A stretch of DNA of 64,000 nucleotides from Nitrososphaeria archaeon (GTDB lineage: Archaea > Thermoproteota > Nitrososphaeria > Geothermarchaeales > JDFR-13). Under the pieces are notes generated by a model. The model saw only the letters and a list, made by a program, of their open reading frames with translations. It was not told where the DNA came from and did no database searches. Numbering within the stretch: the stretch's first letter is position 1; the number at the start of each line of letters is the position of its first letter. The stretch is from assembly GCA_027078545.1 (NCBI GenBank), contig JALWXN010000004.1, positions 480,001 through 544,000 on the forward strand. Direction: 5' to 3'. Below are positions 51,925-59,925 of this stretch, piece after piece. A program made the position numbers and the translations under genes.

Positions 51925-53043
51925 CTATCCCCTCAATAGGTCAGTCTCTATCTCGACGCCTATCCCTGGCCTGTCGCCCAGCGCCTCCTCGAGGTCTATA
52001 GCCCCATCCCTGACCTCCGGCCTACCCCTCCTGACGAGCCTGTCCCGTAGCTCCGCCTCTAGGCCGTCGATCTGTATGTAGGCGAGGCCCTCCTCCGCAG
52101 CAGCTAGGTGTAGGGTTGCGTAGAAGCCGTATAGGGAGGCGTAGTAGTGGGGGCTGTAGAGGACCTTGTTCTTCCTGACTATCTCTATCAGCTCCCTGGC
52201 TATGCGGTAGCCCCCTGTCTTGGATACGTCTGGCATATAGATGTCTATAAGTCTATACTTCTCGAAGAGCCTTAGGAGGTCATACCTGTCATATATGTTC
52301 TCCCCACCTGCTATCCACAGCTCGTCGAAGTTCATTATGGCTATCCTCTTCACCATGTCTAGGGCGCCTATGTCGTCCATGTAGACGGGCTCCTCGAACC
52401 ACTTTATCAGCTCGCCTACTTCCTTGAGGAGTGAGAGGGCCTCCTCCATCGTGTAGCCCATGTTGGCGTCGACCATCACCCTCTCTATCCCCGTAGCCTC
52501 CACGAACTGCCTCACCATCTCGATATCCCGCTCCAGGTCGAAGCCCACCCTGAGCTTGAAGTCCTCCACGCCCTTGTCCATCCATCCCCTTACCCTGTCA
52601 ATGTCTCCAGGGCCTAGGCCTGTAACGTATACCCTGGCTTCTCGGTTCTTCATCCCGCCTAGGAGCTGGTATACAGGCTTGTTCTCCATCCTGCCTAGTA
52701 GGTCGTGGAGAGCCATATCTATGCCTGACAATACCCTGGATATCGCGCCCTTCCCCCAGACCATGCGGAGGGGCTGTGTAGCCCTATAGAGGTGGTCGAG
52801 AGCCTCGTCAATGCTGCTCCATTCTCTATCCACAATTAGTCTGGAGAGCTCCTCAATGGCTGCTGTGGTCTCTATCACTCCCCACCTGGGGAATAGGCTG
52901 AATATCTCTCCCCAGCCCTCATACTCCCCCGAGACTATCTTGACGAAGAGGTAGGTCCTCTTATCCACCTCTCCATAGGAGAGCCTCAGTGGTCTGGGGG
53001 TCTTCTCCGTGGCTGTATAGATCTCTATCTCGTCTATCCTCAA
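51925..53043 (-). CDS. Mandelate racemase/muconate lactonizing enolase-superfamily enzyme
   Basis: GWGE, DMALHDL.G...PVYQLLGG, KLR, MVDAN, WFEEP, AGGEN, PDVSKTGG, SPH. Confidence 0.9.
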   Translation of the reverse strand: MRIDEIEIYTATEKTPRPLRLSYGEVDKRTYLFVKIVSGEYEGWGEIFSLFPRWGVIETTAAIEELSRLIVDREWSSIDEALDHLYRATQPLRMVWGKGAISRVLSGIDMALHDLLGRMENKPVYQLLGGMKNREARVYVTGLGPGDIDRVRGWMDKGVEDFKLRVGFDLERDIEMVRQFVEATGIERVMVDANMGYTMEEALSLLKEVGELIKWFEEPVYMDDIGALDMVKRIAIMNFDELWIAGGENIYDRYDLLRLFEKYRLIDIYMPDVSKTGGYRIARELIEIVRKNKVLYSPHYYASLYGFYATLHLAAAEEGLAYIQIDGLEAELRDRLVRRGRPEVRDGAIDLEEALGDRPGIGVEIETDLLRG

Positions 53044-53050
53044 CAGGTCT

Positions 53051-53449
53051 TCACCCCTCGAGTATCTCGTATGGACTTGGCGTGGGCCACTCGGGTAGGA
53101 GTGGGACGAGCATCACCCCGCCTACAGCCACGTATCTAAGGGTCTCCCTCCCCGTATTGATGACCCGGTGCCTAGCGTTCACGGGTATATATACCGCGTC
53201 CCCAGCCGATATCTCGTGCCTCTCACCCTCGACCTCCACCACCCCACTTCCCTGGACTATGTAGTAGACCTCTTCACACCTATGCCTATGTAGGGGTGTG
53301 GAGTGACCCGGCTCGACCTCGACGAGGCCTAGGCATAGGGTCTTTACGTCGAAGCCCTGCTCGGGATAGATCAGTTTCCAGTCCCTCACCCCGGGCCTCT
53401 CCATGGGGGCTCCGGATACATACTCCTCTCTACGTATAACCACCCTCAT
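53051..53449 (-). CDS. Cupin domain protein
   Basis: PLHRH..EEVYYIVQG, GDAVYIP...HRVIN. Confidence 0.92.
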   Translation of the reverse strand: MRVVIRREEYVSGAPMERPGVRDWKLIYPEQGFDVKTLCLGLVEVEPGHSTPLHRHRCEEVYYIVQGSGVVEVEGERHEISAGDAVYIPVNARHRVINTGRETLRYVAVGGVMLVPLLPEWPTPSPYEILEG

Positions 53450-53528
53450 AATACTGTAGATGCCCAGCCTATACTAATGAGGATCTTTACAGAGAGCCCC
53501 GTTTTATCTGTGGACGCCCTATTAATTC

Positions 53529-54362
53529 TTGATGACGCGCTGGCCATATGTGCTGGGCCTATCCATAGCTGTCCTCACTATCCTAGGCCTCCTACTCCCT
53601 AGGGACATCTCACTCCCCCTCTGGCTCGTGATGGATGTCCTAGGGGATGCGGAGGGCTATGTCGTCATAACCCTGGCACTGTACTTCCTCCTTAGCCCAA
53701 GGATAGGCTACTCCTCACTACTCATAATCCTTGTCAGTGGGCTTGTCAACATTTATCTGAAGGATCTGCTACGTATACCTAGGCCGGAGGATGCGTTGAT
53801 AGAGGCTGAGGGCTACTCCTTCCCGAGTGGCCATGCCCAGGTATCGGGCACCTTCTGGACGGCCCTCTACCTATTCCTCAAGAGCAGAGCCGTGGTGGTG
53901 ATCGGGGCTCCATACGTAGCCCTGATATCTGTCTCTAGGCTGGTCCTAGGAGTCCATACACCCGTCGATGTCCTGGGCGGCGTGGTGATAGGCTTCGTGG
54001 TGGGGCTCTCAGCACCATTCATCATTGAGCTTATCGACGAGTATCTATTGACGAGGTATGGTGTCCACGTGATCCTAGGTAGTATAGCCCTATTGATGTA
54101 TGTGGGGATGGGCTACGAGACGCTCCTAAAGATTGGGGGTGTCGCGCTCGGCATGGCCCTACACCACGTCTTCTACAGGGAGGACTTGGAGCTGGATATG
54201 AGGACTAGGCTACTAGGCTATGTGGGGTACCTAGTCCCCGCCTTCATACTCACTAGGCTGGCCATAGACCCTGTGACGACCTTCCTAGTCTTCCTAGTCA
54301 TAGGTGGCTTGGCACCGGTCTACTACTTCAGGTTCCTCCCCCGTATGGGTAGAGGGGGTTAG
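53529..54362 (+). CDS. PAP2 family membrane phosphatase
   Basis: K...RIPRP, SFPSGH, SRLVLGVHTPVD. Confidence 0.92.
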   Translation: MMTRWPYVLGLSIAVLTILGLLLPRDISLPLWLVMDVLGDAEGYVVITLALYFLLSPRIGYSSLLIILVSGLVNIYLKDLLRIPRPEDALIEAEGYSFPSGHAQVSGTFWTALYLFLKSRAVVVIGAPYVALISVSRLVLGVHTPVDVLGGVVIGFVVGLSAPFIIELIDEYLLTRYGVHVILGSIALLMYVGMGYETLLKIGGVALGMALHHVFYREDLELDMRTRLLGYVGYLVPAFILTRLAIDPVTTFLVFLVIGGLAPVYYFRFLPRMGRGG

Positions 54363-54431
54363 GAATCTGCTTAAACACATGGTGATCCTGGGTAGCCACC
54401 CTATTTAAGCGTTGGGGGGATCAGGATATAC

Positions 54432-56387
54432 ATGTTTAGGAGGGGTTTGGCACCCCTAATGCTCGCCGTGCTACTCATGCTCCCGATGCTTCCAGCGGCC
54501 TCCAGCCCCAGCCCAAGGCCTGTCCTACCCGGTGCTATAGAGGTGTACGACCTCTCATGGAGGGTGGAGAACGGTATACCCATCTTCTTCAACATCTTCC
54601 ACGGCATGGAGACTGTGGCGACTGTGGCGGAGAACGGCTACTATATGAACCGTCTAACCATGACTGAGCATACCTCGACCCATATGGATGCCCCCTGCCA
54701 CTTCGTCGAGGGGGCCTGGTGTGTCGATGAGATCCCTGTGAGGCGGCTCTACGGAGTAGCTGTCGTCATGGATGCGAGTAGATACATAATGGGTCCGAAC
54801 GACACTATAACCGCTAGTGAGATAAGGATCTGGGAGACGGTGACGGGGCTTAGGATCCCTAAGGGAGGGATACTCCTAGTCTACACCGGCTGGTCGGACT
54901 ACTGGGGCCTCTACGACTCATGGGAGGAGTACATGGACGCCACTGGTGGAGGTTTCCCAGGCTTCTCTGAGGACGCCGCTGACTACCTTATTGAGAGGGG
55001 TGTTATCGGGGTTGGTATAGATACGCTGAGCATCGACCCAGCCCCGAGCACCGACTTCATCTTCCATAAGAAGCTACTAGCCACGAATGCCTGGGCCCTG
55101 GAGAATGTTAGGATACCCAGGGAGATACTTAACAGCTACGTCTTCCTATTCGTGGCGCCGATGAAGATTGACCAGGGCTCGGGCGCACCGACCAGGGTAT
55201 TTGCATTCACGCTCGGCGAGGAGTACTTCCCCGTTGAGGAGGGGCTCATGCCACTTCCTGCTAAACCTGGCCCGCCGGTCCTGGAGGATTTCGAGCCTCC
55301 TAGGCACATGGTCCAGCTGGCCTTTGCACAGGAGATGAAGCGTGCCTTCGACTCTGCCGTTATATACGACCTCTCCTGGGAGGTTAGGAATGGCATCCCA
55401 CTCTTCTTCAACATATTCGACGGCTTCTCCAACCTAGCCACGATCGAGGAGCTGGGCTACTACATCAATAGGCTCGTAATGGTTGAGCATACCTCTACAC
55501 ATATGGATGCGCCGTGCCACTTCGTCGAGGGGGTGTGGTGTGTCGATGAGGTCCCGCCTGAGAGGCTGATCTCAAGGGCGGTCGTGATGGACGTCTCATG
55601 GGCCGTCTCGAGCCCTAACGATACTGTATCTGCTGAGGAGGTGCGTAGGTGGGAGAGGGAGGCTAATATCAGGATCTCGCCGGGGGACATAGTCCTCACC
55701 TATACTGGCTGGGGCGACTACTGGGGGCTGTACGACGAGTGGGGCGACTATATGGATGCTACTGGAGGCGGCTTCCCAGGCTTCGCCGAGGACGCGGCCC
55801 AGATCTTCGTATCCAGGGGTGTATATGGAGTTGGTATAGACACCCTGAGTACTGACCCAGCCCCATCCACGATCTTCCCCTTCCATAAACGTGTCCTAGA
55901 GGAGAATATCTATGGCCTGGAGAACGTCAGGCTCACCCGTGACTCCCCAGTCCTGAACAGGACATTCACAGCCTTTGTATTCCCCTTCAAGGTTGGCATG
56001 GGCTCGGGCGGCACGACAAGGATATTCCTCCTAGATGGGCTCGACATGTGGAGCGTCCTCGACGAGGTCGATGAGTGGCTAGAGATCTACAGGTATCTAG
56101 AGTGGAACAGGGCCTATAACCAGTACATAGGGAATGAGACGGCGTCACTGGGCAACTTCCTACGCAACATACGTGACGCGATAGACGATGTGAACAGCTC
56201 GTTGGAGGAGCTGGACCAGGCGGTGAAGGATCTCCAGCAGAGGATATCCGACCTGGAGGACGATGTCAAAGCCTCTAGGGAGGAGGTTGAGAGCCTATCC
56301 AGCCAGACAGGCCTAGCGATAGCGCTGTCACTCATAGCCCTGGCAGCCCTGGCACTATACATACTCATCACTAGGGCTAGGGAGTAG
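54432..56387 (+). CDS. Secreted, C-terminally anchored protein with two cyclase (kynurenine formamidase-like) domains and a coiled-coil stalk
   Basis: Signal peptide; EHTSTHMDAPCH, FPGF, GIDTLS.D, LEN, GSG motifs each occur twice; heptad region then TM. Confidence 0.85.
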   Translation: MFRRGLAPLMLAVLLMLPMLPAASSPSPRPVLPGAIEVYDLSWRVENGIPIFFNIFHGMETVATVAENGYYMNRLTMTEHTSTHMDAPCHFVEGAWCVDEIPVRRLYGVAVVMDASRYIMGPNDTITASEIRIWETVTGLRIPKGGILLVYTGWSDYWGLYDSWEEYMDATGGGFPGFSEDAADYLIERGVIGVGIDTLSIDPAPSTDFIFHKKLLATNAWALENVRIPREILNSYVFLFVAPMKIDQGSGAPTRVFAFTLGEEYFPVEEGLMPLPAKPGPPVLEDFEPPRHMVQLAFAQEMKRAFDSAVIYDLSWEVRNGIPLFFNIFDGFSNLATIEELGYYINRLVMVEHTSTHMDAPCHFVEGVWCVDEVPPERLISRAVVMDVSWAVSSPNDTVSAEEVRRWEREANIRISPGDIVLTYTGWGDYWGLYDEWGDYMDATGGGFPGFAEDAAQIFVSRGVYGVGIDTLSTDPAPSTIFPFHKRVLEENIYGLENVRLTRDSPVLNRTFTAFVFPFKVGMGSGGTTRIFLLDGLDMWSVLDEVDEWLEIYRYLEWNRAYNQYIGNETASLGNFLRNIRDAIDDVNSSLEELDQAVKDLQQRISDLEDDVKASREEVESLSSQTGLAIALSLIALAALALYILITRARE

Positions 56388-56425
56388 AGAGACCCACCAC
56401 CCACTTTTTATAAAGACCTATCCAG

Positions 56426-56512
56426 GAATGTGCCTGGGGCCGTCGATCCCCCGCCAACCTCATCACCAGGACACACCTAGCTCGTAGACGGGGGACGGTT
56501 CGCCCCAGGCTG
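56426..56512 (-). ncRNA. Archaeal box H/ACA pseudouridylation guide sRNA (single hairpin)
   Basis: Minus strand: 9-bp stem GCCUGGGGC/GCCCCAGGC followed directly by ACA; 6+6 nt pocket GAACCG/UCGACG; upper stem UCCCCCG/CGGGGGA; K-turn (GA / GAU-GA) closed by GCUAGG/CCUGGU. Confidence 0.8.
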
Positions 56513-56558
56513 TCCTTATATATGTATATGGCGCTAGTGGTTATCAATCAACGCCCAT

Positions 56559-57383
56559 CTATATGGCCTCCCTGAACACCTTTGCCCAGAACCCAAGCTG
56601 CTCCGAAGGAGTATACATGTCACCCTTGTCTTCTATCAGTCCGGCTCTCAGGAGGGCGCTTATATAGGAAGCCGCCGCACTACCTCCCTTAGAGATGCTC
56701 CCCTTGTTTATCAGCTTCTTGATGAGGTCGATATAGTCTCTGGGATAAGGTATCGGGGTCATGTCAGTAAGCTCTATATCATTGGGATCAGGGGCAAGCG
56801 TGGCTCTGAGATCGTCGGGCAACATGTCCAGTATCTCCTTCGCCCTCTCCTCGAACTCCTTTGGGGTATTCAGGGCCTTGAAGAATCTTTGCACGACTTC
56901 ATCATTGATTGAGCCACGGGCCCCATCTACCCCCTTGGTATATACGTGGTACGCCTTCAGCGGCCTGACAACCATAGACATTATCAGGGTTACTGTGGAG
57001 ACCATCTTCCTCCCACCCGTCACTAGTAGGTGTATACTGTAGTCGGGAGAGTCTCTAAAGAGCCTAAGCTTTCCAGCCAACATCTCCACAAACTTCTCCA
57101 CCTCGTCCCGAGTAGTCACGTCAGGGCCATCAATGAAGATGGATACGACGTCTCCATTCCCAAGCCCTAAGCTGGGTATGCCTCTCGGAGGTTTGCCATA
57201 GACGAGCTGGGCCTTAGCTATAGCGGCGGATGCATAACACCTCCTGTCGGAGCTCCCTATAAGCAGGACCTTGTCGGGCAGCACCCCCTGAGAAGCCATC
57301 TTATAGACGAAGCTAGTCACTACACCGGGGCTAAAGCCGATAGGACATATAAAGACGTTCAACACACTCCGAGGATCAGACAT
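56559..57383 (-). CDS. CARF protein of the Csx14/Crn1 ring-nuclease-like group with C-terminal wHTH
   Basis: PIGFSPGVVT, DVTT, VTGGRKMVS; L.RAGLIE...YT wing; divergent from the cmr operon. Confidence 0.75.
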   Translation of the reverse strand: MSDPRSVLNVFICPIGFSPGVVTSFVYKMASQGVLPDKVLLIGSSDRRCYASAAIAKAQLVYGKPPRGIPSLGLGNGDVVSIFIDGPDVTTRDEVEKFVEMLAGKLRLFRDSPDYSIHLLVTGGRKMVSTVTLIMSMVVRPLKAYHVYTKGVDGARGSINDEVVQRFFKALNTPKEFEERAKEILDMLPDDLRATLAPDPNDIELTDMTPIPYPRDYIDLIKKLINKGSISKGGSAAASYISALLRAGLIEDKGDMYTPSEQLGFWAKVFREAI

Positions 57384-57521
57384 TCAGGGAGACACCTCCA
57401 CCGGAAACAGGGGCAAACAAAAGACTCCCCCATAAAATATTTAAAAAATATAGGCGGCATCCCCAGCAAAAATTCATGAAATAAAAAGAGTTATATATTT
57501 CATAAACACAACAAAATTACT

Positions 57522-58490
57522 ATGAACTCCACCTCTGAACCCTCCTCATCCGCTACCTTCAGAGGTAAAGCAAACGTCCTATACATTGCCAGTATCACCC
57601 CGCTACACCTAGGTGTAGGCAGGGAAGAGGGAGTAGTAGATCTCCCAGTACAGAGAGACGCCTATGGAATCCCCACGATTTACTCCTCTAGTTTAAAGGG
57701 AGCTTTACGTAGTGCTTGGGGAAACTTCTTCACAGAGGGTGATAGCAATGGGGATGTAAACAGTGAATGTGTAGGTATACAGCGAGAGAGGGTTTTTGGT
57801 GATCAAGAGAATCCGGGTGCGATTAATTTCTTTGATGCATACATGCTCATATTCCCAGCACGAAGTTTAAAAGGAGTTGTGATAGGCGTCACGACACCCT
57901 TTCTTATAAAGAGACACTTCACTATGCTTAACATTTTAGGAATATGCGATGACAGTTGGGCTCAGATCGATATAGATGTGGATGAAGGAGATGCGATATT
58001 AATAACACAGGAAGGTGTGGATATAGAGACCTATATAGCAACTAGTGGAGACTGCTGTAAAGTTGTGATAAACGAGTTGGACTTCGAGGCTGTTGATGGT
58101 AATAACGGTGATGATATAAGCGATGATTTGAGATCCTTCGTGAAATCAGTATTAGATAATTTCTTCATACCGTATAAGGCGGTTGCAATAGTGCATGATG
58201 ACTGGCTAGGCTCACTATTAAATAGGTCTTTAATATACAGGACACGCGTAAGGCTCAAAGAAAAAACTAAAACTGTCGATGTGGGGCCTTGGACTGAGGA
58301 GCTGGTTCCTCCAGGCACTGTTTTCTCTATTTATTTGACAAATAACTCTCCTAAAAGAGAGGAGGTATTTGATAGGTATGTAACTTGCCTAGAGAATATA
58401 CTGACCTCTGGGATTTTCATCGGGGGAGATGAGACTGTTGGCTCTGGTCTGGTAAAACTTTTAGAGGGGGTTAATTGCGATGGACGCTGA
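57522..58490 (+). CDS. cmr4: Cmr4 (type III-B Cas7, catalytic)
   Basis: TPLHLGVG...VVDLPVQRD, SSLKGALR, FPARS, WTEE.VP, IGGDETVGSG. Confidence 0.96.
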   Translation: MNSTSEPSSSATFRGKANVLYIASITPLHLGVGREEGVVDLPVQRDAYGIPTIYSSSLKGALRSAWGNFFTEGDSNGDVNSECVGIQRERVFGDQENPGAINFFDAYMLIFPARSLKGVVIGVTTPFLIKRHFTMLNILGICDDSWAQIDIDVDEGDAILITQEGVDIETYIATSGDCCKVVINELDFEAVDGNNGDDISDDLRSFVKSVLDNFFIPYKAVAIVHDDWLGSLLNRSLIYRTRVRLKEKTKTVDVGPWTEELVPPGTVFSIYLTNNSPKREEVFDRYVTCLENILTSGIFIGGDETVGSGLVKLLEGVNCDGR

Positions 58491-59022
58491 AAAGGTTAGA
58501 AGGGTTCTAGAGATCTGTATGGATGCCTATCAGTATATGACTAGCCCTGAAGGATTGGGGAGAGACGAGAGGAATAAAAAAGAAGCTTTGGAAGCGTTCA
58601 GAACCGATGCTAGGAAATACCCAGCATTAATAGCTAAAGAGGGTCTCTTCATCCCCCTACTTGATATGCTTAGAGATAGTGTGGAGAAAAAACGGGATAA
58701 ACCTCATTTCGTTAAGCATAAAAAAGTATATAGCTGGGTAGTGGTTAGGGTACTCTACGAAGTAATAGTAGGGGATGAGCGTTTGTCACAATACGCCAGA
58801 AAGGAACGTATTACAAACGATAACAGAACCTTCGACCAACTTGTTCTGAATGTAGATGGGGTAGTAGAATGGATAATAAGATTGGCACCGGGAGGAGACT
58901 CGATCGAAACGAACTTCCGAAATGAACACATGGCTAAGCAGCTAGTTGAATCCCTGCTCATCGTGAAGAAGTTTGCCGAGGCTATGATACCCCCCAAAGA
59001 GACTGGAGGCGGTGGATCCTAG
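58480..59022 (+). CDS. cmr5: Cmr5 small subunit
   Basis: FR..ARKYPALI...GL, KKFAEAM; lies between cmr4 and cmr6. Confidence 0.85.
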   Translation: MDAEKVRRVLEICMDAYQYMTSPEGLGRDERNKKEALEAFRTDARKYPALIAKEGLFIPLLDMLRDSVEKKRDKPHFVKHKKVYSWVVVRVLYEVIVGDERLSQYARKERITNDNRTFDQLVLNVDGVVEWIIRLAPGGDSIETNFRNEHMAKQLVESLLIVKKFAEAMIPPKETGGGGS

Positions 59023-59925
59023 ATGGAGAATCTCATCTCGTTTACCTACCCGAAAGATAGAAGGGAGCTCGTTAAGTTCTATAGGGAAAAGGAATATAAG
59101 TCCTATTTCGCTGAAAGAGTTGCGCTTGCTAGTGCTGATTTAGTAAATACAGATGGCAATACTTTGGATGAGCCGCTTAACAGTGTGGTAACAAGCTATC
59201 TGAGGGTAATACATGACTCCCTTAGTGCTTCAGGAATCACGGTCTGGAGTATTAAGATGGAGACCGTCTCTAACTTGGCGTTAAATCTTTCAGGGGGCGT
59301 GTTCCATACAATCCTAAATCTAGGTGTTTCGTTGGATCCAATTCTAGGTATCCCGTTTATCCCATCGACGTCTATAAAGGGTGCTTGGCGTCATGCAGTA
59401 TGGATAATCCTTAGGAATCTATCACCAGATAATGCCGATACCCTGATAGAAGATCTCTTTGACAATATACCAGTGGTCGTGAAGGTATTCGATGCATACC
59501 CTACATATATCAACTCGGATGGTGGATACCTAGTTATTCCAGATATCCTGAACCCCCACTACACAAGTACTACTAGGAACGAGTTGGATGTAAATCCTAC
59601 GCCGATAATACATCTAACTATACCGAGGGGTATAGTGTTCGAAACAGTAGTGGGTATAGACGTAAAAGCTCTCATGAGGTCATTCGACGAGTCAACTGCA
59701 GAGGATGAGGAGGAGAGGCGTAGGATAAGGGATAGGAAGGAGAGGTGGAAAGACCTTATGAATAAACTGGCCGAGCGTCCAGAGGGGTCACGGGACAGGG
59801 TCAACAACATCGAGAAGACGATCCTGGTAATCCTGAAGGCCGGCCTCATGTTGGCTGGCAAGTTGGGTATAGGGGCAAAGACGTCGGTTGGCTACTCCCG
59901 CCTAGAGGTGGAGATAAATGAGTGA
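59023..59925 (+). CDS. cmr6: Cmr6
   Basis: GIPFIPSTSIKG, FDAYP, DILNPHY, P.PI, GIGAKTSVGY. Confidence 0.93.
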   Translation: MENLISFTYPKDRRELVKFYREKEYKSYFAERVALASADLVNTDGNTLDEPLNSVVTSYLRVIHDSLSASGITVWSIKMETVSNLALNLSGGVFHTILNLGVSLDPILGIPFIPSTSIKGAWRHAVWIILRNLSPDNADTLIEDLFDNIPVVVKVFDAYPTYINSDGGYLVIPDILNPHYTSTTRNELDVNPTPIIHLTIPRGIVFETVVGIDVKALMRSFDESTAEDEEERRRIRDRKERWKDLMNKLAERPEGSRDRVNNIEKTILVILKAGLMLAGKLGIGAKTSVGYSRLEVEINE

